The notes under the pieces are model-generated. The model searched no databases. It saw only the letters and a program-made list of their open reading frames with translations, and was not told where the DNA came from. The position numbers and the translations under genes were made by a program. This document shows, one piece after another, positions 20,801 to 29,522 of a stretch of DNA of 64,000 nt. Numbering within the stretch: position 1 is the first letter of the stretch; each line of letters opens with the position of its first letter. The DNA comes from Candidatus Cloacimonadales bacterium (lineage in GTDB: Bacteria > Cloacimonadota > Cloacimonadia > Cloacimonadales > DAONDQ01), in the NCBI GenBank assembly GCA_963662275.1, contig OY759316.1, positions 1,408,001 through 1,472,000 on the forward strand, written 5' to 3'.

Positions 20801-22623
20801 TGGCTTATATTGGAAAACGCAATGCCTTACCAATCGTCATTGAAGGTCTCAAACGTCTTGAATATAGAGGATACGATAGTGCTGGAATAGCTATTCTTCA
20901 TGATGATCAACTTGCGCTTTTTAAACGTAAAGGGAAGATCACAGAACTTGAACGTTCTCTTCCTGAACCTTCAAAACTAACTGGCTTAATTGCGATAGGA
21001 CATACCCGATGGGCTACTCATGGAGAGCCCACCGAAATCAATGCTCATCCGCACTTGGATTGTATGCATCGTTTGGCTATTGTGCATAATGGAATCATCG
21101 AAAATTATAAACCAATTAAAGAAAAGCTACTTACACTAGGACATATATTCAGTAGTGATACAGATACAGAAGTTCTTGCTCATTTGATCGAAGAGTTTCT
21201 GAAAACCATCCCATCCTTAGAAGAAGCAATTCGAGAAGCAATGAAAGTTGTGGAAGGTACTTACGGTATTGCCGTAATTAGTTTGGATTATCCTGATCGA
21301 ATTGTTGCTGCCAGAAAAGGCAGTCCTCTTATAGTGGGCGTAGGCAATGACGAATATTTTATCTGTTCTGATGTGAGTGCTGTTATTATTCATACGAAGA
21401 AAGTAATCTATCTCCAGGATGGTGAAATCGTTACTCTAACCCATGATGGTTTTGAAATTACAACGATGGATAATATTGCAGTAACCCCGAATATCTCAGT
21501 TGTGGATTGGGACGTTTCTGCCCTTGAAAAAGGGGAGTTCAAGCATTTCATGTTAAAGGAAATTTATGAACAGCCTTATTCCGTAGAAAATGCTTTTAGG
21601 GGAAGACTTGTGGATAGCCTTGCCGTAACGAAATTAGGCGGATTGCAGATGCGTGCTGATGAATTACGACGAATTAAAAGGATACAGTTGATTGCCTGTG
21701 GCACTTCCTGGCATGCCTGTTTGATTGGAAAATACATCATTGAATCTTTAGCGCGATTACCTGTGGAAGTAGAATATGCCAGTGAATACAGATATCGTAA
21801 TCCAATCATACCTGAAGATACACTCGTTATTGTGATTAGCCAATCTGGAGAAACGGCTGATACCCTTGCTGCAATGCGTGAAGCCCAGGCAAAGGGAGTC
21901 CGTGTTCTTGGTATCACTAATGTGGTAGGAAGTTCCATTGCGCGTGAATCGGATGGTGGTGTATATATTCATGCCGGCGCAGAAATTGGAGTCGCTTCCA
22001 CAAAGGCATTTACTTCTCAAGTAACAATTCTCTACTTATTGGCTGTGATGTTAGGCAGAATGAAGCACGTTTCACCAACTGACGGTTTAAGGTATCTTGA
22101 CGAAGTCAGAAAGATTCCCCATAAAATCGAACAAATCCTGGCTCTTAGTGAAGACATACGTAAAATTGCGAGTTCCATAATGTCCTCCACCAATGCCCTT
22201 TATCTGGGGCGTGGTGTCAATTATCCAGTTGCTTTGGAAGGGGCTTTGAAGCTTAAGGAAATATCCTACATTCACGCTGAAGGTTATCCGGCTGCTGAAA
22301 TGAAGCATGGACCTATTGCGCTCATCGACAAGAATATGCCTGTAGTTTGTATCGCACCTCAAGATATCCTATACGAAAAAATATACTCAAATATGCAAGA
22401 AGTGAAAGCTAGAAATGGAAGGTTGATATCTATTGCCACAGAAGGAGATACACAATTGCGTCAGATTTCTGAACATATTGTCTGTATTCCTGATACAATT
22501 ACTCCCCTTCAACCCTTGCTATTTGTCATACCGCTTCAATTATTAGCTTATCATGTTGCAGATTTACGTGGTTTGGACGTAGATCAACCCCGTAATCTGG
22601 CAAAAAGTGTAACCGTAGAATAG
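20788..22623 (+). CDS. glmS: Glutamine--fructose-6-phosphate aminotransferase
   Basis: MCGIV start, GHTRWATHG, PRNLAKSVTVE end. Confidence 0.98.
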   Translation: MCGIVAYIGKRNALPIVIEGLKRLEYRGYDSAGIAILHDDQLALFKRKGKITELERSLPEPSKLTGLIAIGHTRWATHGEPTEINAHPHLDCMHRLAIVHNGIIENYKPIKEKLLTLGHIFSSDTDTEVLAHLIEEFLKTIPSLEEAIREAMKVVEGTYGIAVISLDYPDRIVAARKGSPLIVGVGNDEYFICSDVSAVIIHTKKVIYLQDGEIVTLTHDGFEITTMDNIAVTPNISVVDWDVSALEKGEFKHFMLKEIYEQPYSVENAFRGRLVDSLAVTKLGGLQMRADELRRIKRIQLIACGTSWHACLIGKYIIESLARLPVEVEYASEYRYRNPIIPEDTLVIVISQSGETADTLAAMREAQAKGVRVLGITNVVGSSIARESDGGVYIHAGAEIGVASTKAFTSQVTILYLLAVMLGRMKHVSPTDGLRYLDEVRKIPHKIEQILALSEDIRKIASSIMSSTNALYLGRGVNYPVALEGALKLKEISYIHAEGYPAAEMKHGPIALIDKNMPVVCIAPQDILYEKIYSNMQEVKARNGRLISIATEGDTQLRQISEHIVCIPDTITPLQPLLFVIPLQLLAYHVADLRGLDVDQPRNLAKSVTVE

Positions 22624-22640
22624 TAGAATAGGAAGGCTGA

Positions 22641-24686
22641 ATGCCAAAACAACCGAATGATCTCAAACCTGGTGAAGTAATCAACAAGAAGGTGATTGAT
22701 CAACCGTGTAATGATACCGTTCCTGATACTCTATATCATTCTATCTTGGAAAATAGTCTGGTAGGAATTCTTCGCTTTGAACCTATCATCATGACAGATT
22801 CAAATGGAAAAATTAAATTCTGGAATCCAGGTTCAGAAAAATTATTCGGTTATTCTTATGATAAAATGCTGGGTACGAATATCCAAAACTTGTTTTGTGA
22901 TCAACAATTCAATCAGATTTATCCATTGTCTATTAACTTTTCGGATAGTGAGAAAGGGTTAGAGCAAGACCAGATAGGAAAAGTTTACGAACTTACCGCA
23001 AGAGGAAGGTTCATTAGTAGCATTCCTTTGGAAGTATCTGTCTCTTATCATTGTTATCAGGGGCAAACCTATGCAGTGCTAATTGCACGCAATATTACTG
23101 AAAGAATATTACAAATCGAAGAATTGCAGAAAGCAAAGGATGAAGCAGTAAAGGCAAATCGTCTGAAAAGTGAATTTCTTTCCAATATGTCTCATGAGAT
23201 CAGGACTCCTATGAATGCCATTCTCGGATTTGCAGCAATTACATTGAATTGTATTGAAAATGAAGAACATAAAGAGTACTTGCGAATCATACAGAAATCA
23301 GGAGAGAACCTGCTGCGTCTGCTGAATGATATTCTTGATCTTTCAAAAATAGAAGCTGAAAGAATGATACTTCAGCAGAAAGAATTCTCCATGCGAAAGT
23401 TGATGAATGAAGTCTATGAGATATTTTCGCTCCAAGCATCCCAAAAAAACATAAAATTTCTTAGTGAAATCAGTGATGATACACCAGATAAGTATATCGG
23501 TGATGAGCATCGCTTAAGACAGATATTGATTAATTTTCTATCCAATGCATTCAAATTTACAAGTGAAAATGGCACTGTTAGGGTATGTTTTTTTCACCGG
23601 AAAGATAAAGGATATTTTGAGATATCGGATACCGGTATTGGTATTCCTCAAGATAAAATAAATACAATACTGAATGCCTTTGTGCAGGTTGATGGTACTT
23701 TCACACGTCAATATAGCGGTACAGGATTGGGTCTCGCAATCACCCGTAGACTGGTCGAGTTGATGGAAGGTAAAATCGAAGTGACTAGTGAAGAAAAGAA
23801 AGGCTCTACTTTTAAATTTCATGTGAAGATGTTGGTGTCACAAGAAACAGATGCAGATCTGGAAAGCGAATACAGCGCTGATCGGAAATTTAGACACATA
23901 CTTAAGAGTACTGAGAATTACCGTAAAGGTGTATCCATGGTTCGGAAATGGATTCAATTTGCCGAAGGTGATGTGGAAATTGAGGATATTATTTGTGAGG
24001 CGATTACACTTCTTCCTGGAAAATTAGAGGAATTAATGGTTGTGATTAATAACAAAGATGAGAAGAAGCTAGATTTTCTTTCCCATTCCTTGAAAGGTGA
24101 AACTCTCAATCTACATATGAATGATATTGCGAAACATGCGAAAAAGATGAATGATGTGATCAGGCAGAAACCACCGGATTGGGTTGTTATTCAAGAAGAA
24201 CTGGAAGGATTAAAGGAGCTGATTTCTCTGATACCACCAGGTTATCTGGAGAGGCATCCAGTAAAATATTCAACGGAAAAAATATCCAGGCAAGATACAA
24301 TTCTAGTTGCAGAAGATAATGCGATGAATCAAAAACTCATGAAAACGATTATCGAAAAGCTTGGATTTGCCTGTGAAGTAGCAAACAATGGTCTGATAGC
24401 CTTAAATATGCTGATGGAAAATGAATACTTCATGTTGCTCCTGGATATGCAAATGCCTGTAATGGATGGTATGGAATTAATCAAGATAATTAGGGATGAT
24501 GTTCATATCAAAGATCTGTATGTGGTTGCTGTCACTGCTCATGCGATGAAAGGAGATAAGGAACTTTTCATGGAAGCTGGTTGTAATGACTATTTAGCAA
24601 AGCCAATAGAATTTGACAAACTGTCCAAAGTGATTGAAAACACACTCAAGAATAATCAAAAAGCAAATGAAAACACTGATAGCTAA
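22641..24686 (+). CDS. Hybrid histidine kinase PAS-HisKA-HATPase-HPt-REC
   Basis: MSHEIRTPMN, NFLSNAFKFT, DTGIGI, GTGLGL, HSLKG, AEDN..DMQMPVMDG. Confidence 0.9.
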   Translation: MPKQPNDLKPGEVINKKVIDQPCNDTVPDTLYHSILENSLVGILRFEPIIMTDSNGKIKFWNPGSEKLFGYSYDKMLGTNIQNLFCDQQFNQIYPLSINFSDSEKGLEQDQIGKVYELTARGRFISSIPLEVSVSYHCYQGQTYAVLIARNITERILQIEELQKAKDEAVKANRLKSEFLSNMSHEIRTPMNAILGFAAITLNCIENEEHKEYLRIIQKSGENLLRLLNDILDLSKIEAERMILQQKEFSMRKLMNEVYEIFSLQASQKNIKFLSEISDDTPDKYIGDEHRLRQILINFLSNAFKFTSENGTVRVCFFHRKDKGYFEISDTGIGIPQDKINTILNAFVQVDGTFTRQYSGTGLGLAITRRLVELMEGKIEVTSEEKKGSTFKFHVKMLVSQETDADLESEYSADRKFRHILKSTENYRKGVSMVRKWIQFAEGDVEIEDIICEAITLLPGKLEELMVVINNKDEKKLDFLSHSLKGETLNLHMNDIAKHAKKMNDVIRQKPPDWVVIQEELEGLKELISLIPPGYLERHPVKYSTEKISRQDTILVAEDNAMNQKLMKTIIEKLGFACEVANNGLIALNMLMENEYFMLLLDMQMPVMDGMELIKIIRDDVHIKDLYVVAVTAHAMKGDKELFMEAGCNDYLAKPIEFDKLSKVIENTLKNNQKANENTDS

Positions 24687-24730
24687 AATCATAGTTCTTT
24701 TACGAAATTGATATTGGATATGAAGTTCAG

Positions 24731-25519
24731 ATGAGATACCATATTAGATGGAATAGATTTTGGCATTATATCCTACCTTCTCTATTTCTCATTTGCATTA
24801 TTATCATATGGGATTTGATAACAAGTAATGGCAGGATTGATCAGTGGATTTTACCTGCACCTGGTGAGATTGTGAAAGCACTGATTTCTTCAGGTCCATT
24901 ACTATTAGATCATGCCTCAGTTACAATTCGGGAAACTTTACTGGGGATGACTCTCGCCGTCTGCTTAGGTATTTTCATTGCATCATTACTGGAGCAGGTT
25001 AATCCTCTGAAACATACACTATATCCTTTTCTAATTGTCAGTCAAACCATTCCCATCATCTCTGTTGCACCTTTATTGATTTTATGGTTTGGATTTGGAA
25101 TTAAAGCAAAAGTTTTTATTGTAGCTCTTGTGTGCTTTTTCCCAATTACAATTAATTTATTGGATGGATTCAGAACTGTTAATCCGGAACAGATTAAATT
25201 ACTGAGAACCATGGGTGCAAGTCATTGGCAGTTATTCAGCAAAGTAAAAATGCCTTCTGCTTTACCTTTTCTCTTTTCCGGTTTGAAGATTGCAGCAACG
25301 TATAGTGTGATGAGTGCCATCATTGGTGAATGGCTGGGAGCATCTAGTGGCTTAGGTATATATATGACCAGGGCTTCCCATTCTTATCTTACTGCAAATG
25401 TCTTTGCTGCTATTGTAATGATCATTATCATAAGCTTCGCATTTTATATGATTATTGAATTATTGGAGCGCATTGTTATTCCCTGGCATTATTACAAAAA
25501 CGATGAATCATATGAGTAA
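24731..25519 (+). CDS. ABC permease (SsuC/ThiX-like)
   Basis: SQTIPIISVAPL; EAA-like loop; GEWLGASSGLG. Confidence 0.88.
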   Translation: MRYHIRWNRFWHYILPSLFLICIIIIWDLITSNGRIDQWILPAPGEIVKALISSGPLLLDHASVTIRETLLGMTLAVCLGIFIASLLEQVNPLKHTLYPFLIVSQTIPIISVAPLLILWFGFGIKAKVFIVALVCFFPITINLLDGFRTVNPEQIKLLRTMGASHWQLFSKVKMPSALPFLFSGLKIAATYSVMSAIIGEWLGASSGLGIYMTRASHSYLTANVFAAIVMIIIISFAFYMIIELLERIVIPWHYYKNDESYE

Positions 25520-25530
25520 AGGAGAATTAG

Positions 25531-26517
25531 ATGAAAAACACTAGTAAGTTAATTCTGATTTTTATCATCATTTTACTAGGATTATTAAGTTGTACGAAAC
25601 AGAAAACAGATACTTCTCTACAGAAAGTAACTGTCATGCTTGACTGGACTCCGAACACCAATCATACAGGTCTTTATGTAGCGCTGGATAAAGGATATTA
25701 TAAGAATGAGGGATTGGATGTCCAAATTGTTCAACCCGGTGAAGGTATTACATTGCAATTGGTTGGTTCTGGGAAGTCCGAATTTGGAATTAGTTACCAG
25801 GAAGATGTAACTACTGCCCGAGCCAAAAATATCCCTGTTGTGTCTATTGGTGCAGTGATTCAACATAATACATCCGGATTTGCCTCGTTGAAAAAAGATA
25901 ATATCAAATCTCCGAGGGATTTTATGGGAAAATGTTATGGTGATTGGGGTTCACCAACTGCTACTGAGATCATCAGAGCCTTGATGGATAAGGATAAAGC
26001 GAATTTTAAGAGTGTAACAATCATCAGTGGCATCACAGAATTCTTTCATTCAATAGGGAAAGATGCTGATTTTGAATGGATATTCTATGGGTGGGATGGT
26101 ATCGAAGCGAAAAGAAGAGGAATGGATATTAATATCATTATGTTAAAAGACCTTGATCCTATCTTCGATTATTATACACCTGTCATAGTAACGAATGAAA
26201 CTCTAATTACCAGTAATGCTATTTTAGTTAAGAAATTCATGAATGCAACTGCCAAGGGATATGATTTTGCTATCCAGAATCCTGATGCTGCCTCTGATAT
26301 TCTAATTAAAAATGCTCCTGAACTTGACCCGCAGTTAGTAAAACTTAGCCAGGAATACCTCAGTAAAGAGTACCAGGCAGATGCTAAACAGTGGGGTTTC
26401 CAGAAGTTAAATGTTTGGAAGGATTATGCGCAATGGATGTACAATCACCGGCTTATCAGCGAGATGATCGATGTGAAAAAAGCATATACAAATGAATTCC
26501 TGCCAATTAAGAAATGA
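25531..26517 (+). CDS. ABC substrate-binding lipoprotein, NMT1/THI5 (ThiY-like)
   Basis: Lipobox LLSC; LDWTPNTNHTG; DYYTPV. Confidence 0.88.
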   Translation: MKNTSKLILIFIIILLGLLSCTKQKTDTSLQKVTVMLDWTPNTNHTGLYVALDKGYYKNEGLDVQIVQPGEGITLQLVGSGKSEFGISYQEDVTTARAKNIPVVSIGAVIQHNTSGFASLKKDNIKSPRDFMGKCYGDWGSPTATEIIRALMDKDKANFKSVTIISGITEFFHSIGKDADFEWIFYGWDGIEAKRRGMDINIIMLKDLDPIFDYYTPVIVTNETLITSNAILVKKFMNATAKGYDFAIQNPDAASDILIKNAPELDPQLVKLSQEYLSKEYQADAKQWGFQKLNVWKDYAQWMYNHRLISEMIDVKKAYTNEFLPIKK

Positions 26518-27275
26518 TGCCTGAACTCGAAATATACCATATCAGCAAGAGTTACTTCTATAAAAAGGAAGAAACTCCTGCGTTAGTGGATATTTCTATC
26601 TCCATTCAAAAGGGGGAATTTGTTAGTCTCATTGGACCGAGTGGCTGTGGAAAAAGCACACTCCTGGAAATCATCTCAGGTCTGATAAAACCGGATGTGG
26701 GGGAGATACTTCTGCATGATTTTGATATTAAAGGGAAACCCGGTCATGTTAGCTTCATGCCACAAGACGATACTCTCTTCCCCTGGCGTACTATAATGGA
26801 TAATGTAATACTTCCACTTGAGATAGATAACGTAAAGAAAAATATAGCTATTAAAGAAGCTGAGTCATATTTTGAACTCTTTGGTCTAGCCAATTATGAA
26901 AACAAAAGACCTTTCATGCTTTCAGGTGGAATGCGACAACGAGCTGCCTTTCTACGTACATTTCTTGGCAAGAAGGAAATGCTTCTTCTAGACGAACCCT
27001 TTGCCAAACTCGATGCCCTCACTCGTATGAAAATGCAGAAATGGCTGTTAGATATCTGGAGTCATTTTGGTTATTCTGTCCTCATGGTCACACATGATAT
27101 CGAAGAGGCAGTCTGGATGTCAGATCGTATCTATGTCATGTCCGGCGCTCCCGGTAGAATCATAGCAGAGGAAAAGATACCATTCGCCCGACCACGTATT
27201 CCACATATCCGCTTTCAACCGGAATTTCTGGCTTTGAAGACGGAACTGACGGTGCTTTTAGGCGAGGAAGCCTAA
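26514..27275 (+). CDS. ABC ATP-binding protein (TauB/ThiZ-like)
   Basis: GPSGCGKST, LSGGMRQR, LLLDEPF. Confidence 0.9.
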   Translation: MMPELEIYHISKSYFYKKEETPALVDISISIQKGEFVSLIGPSGCGKSTLLEIISGLIKPDVGEILLHDFDIKGKPGHVSFMPQDDTLFPWRTIMDNVILPLEIDNVKKNIAIKEAESYFELFGLANYENKRPFMLSGGMRQRAAFLRTFLGKKEMLLLDEPFAKLDALTRMKMQKWLLDIWSHFGYSVLMVTHDIEEAVWMSDRIYVMSGAPGRIIAEEKIPFARPRIPHIRFQPEFLALKTELTVLLGEEA

Positions 27276-27278
27276 AAG

Positions 27279-27757
27279 CAATTAAAAATTAAAAGTTAAA
27301 AATTTAAAATTGCAGACATGAGTGCAGTGTTTGCCACCCTTCCCGGAGGTGGTATCATGAAGTGATGGGGTTAATCCAGTGTATTTTCTTTTCGCAGATA
27401 TGTTATAAAGTATAAGATTTACTTGTATACGCCAACTTATAATAATTTATATGGTTAGTAGTAGCTGTTTAGAACTGCCAAGATTGGAGAATGATTACTC
27501 ATTTATGGTACAGCTAATTCTTATTACCTCTTCCTTTTTTTCATAAACTGTGTAATTTTCTTTATGCATCTTTTAGATTTTAGTTTGATGTAAACAGATG
27601 GCTTGTGATCATTAAGTGAGCGAATACGTTAGTAGAAATTATGTAAAATAAGGAGCAGATAATTAAACTCTCCGCAAATCCCAACAATCCAGAGGATAAA
27701 CACATTGGTTTATCCCTACTCTGCAATTTTTAATTTTTAACTTTTAATTTTTAATTG
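27279..27757. repeat. 479-bp non-coding segment bounded by 38-bp inverted heptamer arrays
   Basis: 27279-27316 and 27720-27757 match 37/38 as inverted repeats; REP at 27694-27719 inside. Confidence 0.8.
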
Positions 27758-27766
27758 AAAAGCTAA

Positions 27767-28933
27767 TTACAATTTTTCCTGAAAAATTGTGATTAGCTTT
27801 TCCACCGCCATGCTTGCAGTAATATCCCCATTCAGAAGCTGCTTCTGAACATCCGGCAAGGATGTCTTTATCCCCGGATTCTGGTAAAAGCTAGCTTCTA
27901 AATATTCCTGGATCATCGATTTTACCCAATCTAATACTTGTGAATTTCGACGTTTTAAGAAGAAGCCATTTTTTTTCGTCACTTCCTTGAAATTCTCAAT
28001 CAGTGCCCAGATTTCAGGAATGCCTTCTTCCGTGAGAGCAGAGCAGGTATAGGCATCAGTTTTCCAGCCTATTGTGGCAGGAGTTAGGTAATGAAGGGCA
28101 TGAGCATATTCAGAACAAGCCCTTTTTGCGCTTTGTATATTATCACCATCCGCTTTATTCACGACGATAGCATCGGCAAGCTCAATCACACCTTTCTTGA
28201 TACCTTGCAGTTCATCTCCTGCACCGGGGATCTGTAAAAGGAGAAAGAAATCAACCATGGAACGCACGGTGATTTCACTCTGACCCACACCGACCGTCTC
28301 CACGAGGATTACATCATATCCTGCTGCTTCGCATAAAAGCATCGTTTCACGCGTTTTCTTCGTCACACCACCAAGGGTACCACCCGAAGGAGAAGGACGT
28401 ATAAAACAGTGCGGATCACGCGCTAAACGCTCCATACGGGTCTTATCACCAAGAATACTTCCATGCGTGATACTGCTGCTCGGATCAACGGCAAGAACTG
28501 CCACATTATGCCCTTGCGAAGTAAGATAAGAACCGAAAGTCTCTATAAATGTACTTTTACCAGCGCCGGGTACACCTGTAATGGCAATGCGAATAGAATT
28601 ACCTGCTTTGGGTAAGATGTTGCGAATCAGCTCCTGTGCCAGTACCTGGTGAGTATGGGAATTGCTTTCCACCAAGGTAATAGCCCTGGCAAGGATCATA
28701 GTATCCCTGTTCAAAATACCAGCGATATAATCATTTATCGTCAGTTTCTTTGGATGTTTTACTGGTCGTAGCGCTCGATCTCCGAGCGGGTTGGATTGTA
28801 GGTCTCGATCTCCGAGCGAGTTGGATTTAGAAGGTAACCCATCGTGGACAGATTCCACACCAGGCATGACAGTGGTTGTGAATTCACTACCTGCATTAGC
28901 AGGAGTCCATTCCGGCTTCTTACTCTTTGGCAT
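27767..28933 (-). CDS. meaB: Methylmalonyl-CoA mutase-associated GTPase MeaB
   Basis: GVPGAGKST, DPSS..GSILGDKTRM, ETVGVGQSE, NKAD. Confidence 0.95.
   Translation of the reverse strand: MPKSKKPEWTPANAGSEFTTTVMPGVESVHDGLPSKSNSLGDRDLQSNPLGDRALRPVKHPKKLTINDYIAGILNRDTMILARAITLVESNSHTHQVLAQELIRNILPKAGNSIRIAITGVPGAGKSTFIETFGSYLTSQGHNVAVLAVDPSSSITHGSILGDKTRMERLARDPHCFIRPSPSGGTLGGVTKKTRETMLLCEAAGYDVILVETVGVGQSEITVRSMVDFFLLLQIPGAGDELQGIKKGVIELADAIVVNKADGDNIQSAKRACSEYAHALHYLTPATIGWKTDAYTCSALTEEGIPEIWALIENFKEVTKKNGFFLKRRNSQVLDWVKSMIQEYLEASFYQNPGIKTSLPDVQKQLLNGDITASMAVEKLITIFQEKL
28768..28827 (+). repeat. Two 30-bp GTAG-footed REPs in frame within meaB
   Basis: gtagcgctcgatctccgagcgggttggatt and gtaggtctcgatctccgagcgagttggatt. 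Confidence 0.85.
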
Positions 28934-28953
28934 ATACCTTCCTTAGCTTTGAC

Positions 28954-29449
28954 TCCCCTCCCATTTGTAAAGGGAGGGGTCGGGGGAGAGCTAGTTCTTT
29001 ATATTTCCATCACATCATCAGGCTTTTCAATTAAACAATACAGATGTTCTAAAACCACATCCATATTTATCATTACATCAAAATTAGTAAATCTGATCAC
29101 CCTGATTCCGAGATTTTCAAAATACTCGGTTCTCTTGTGGTCATATTCCCTATTAGTTTCCTCAAAATGTTGACTTCCATCAAGTTCAATCACTATTTTC
29201 TTTTCCGGGCAACAGAAATCAGCAATATAATTTCCAATACCTTGTTGTCGATAGAATTTCAAATTCTGGAAGCGTTTATTCCGCAATCGCCCCCATAATT
29301 TCTTTTCTGCATCTGTCTTTTCTTTTCGTAGATGAATCCGGTTATCTTTTGTTGATTTTCGGTTTATTGTTTTCATTATGTCCTCCGAAAATATGCATCA
29401 GAGCAGAACTAGCTCTCCCCTAACCCCTCCCTTTACAAATGGGAGGGGA
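28954..29449 (-). mobile_element. DUF559 cassette bounded by 45-bp inverted repeats
   Basis: 28954-28998 vs 29405-29449 match 43/45 inverted; each contains hairpin CCCCTCCC-N9-GGGAGGGG plus a G-rich tail. Confidence 0.75.
28999..29376 (-). CDS. DUF559 (YcjD/Vsr-like) endonuclease-domain protein
   Basis: TDAEKKLWGRLR, KFYRQ, YIADF, IELDGSQH, GIRVIRFTN; GGAGG RBS. Confidence 0.92.
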   Translation of the reverse strand: MKTINRKSTKDNRIHLRKEKTDAEKKLWGRLRNKRFQNLKFYRQQGIGNYIADFCCPEKKIVIELDGSQHFEETNREYDHKRTEYFENLGIRVIRFTNFDVMINMDVVLEHLYCLIEKPDDVMEI

Positions 29450-29463
29450 ACCGGAAGAGAATC

Positions 29464-29522
29464 TCTGCAATTTTTAATTTTTAATTTCTGCCCCTGTTAC
29501 CTGTTACCTGTTACCTGTAACC
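29464..29522 (-). repeat. Heptamer arrays (TAACAGG)n and (AAAAATT)n overlapping the mutB stop
   Basis: cctgtta repeats encode QVTGNR and the TAA at 29497-29499; followed by gcaga-aattaaaaattaaaaatt-gcagag. Confidence 0.8.

Noticed and set aside
24687..24730. TPP riboswitch before the THI5-type ABC genes
   Set aside because: Only 44 bp of intergenic space and no TPP consensus.
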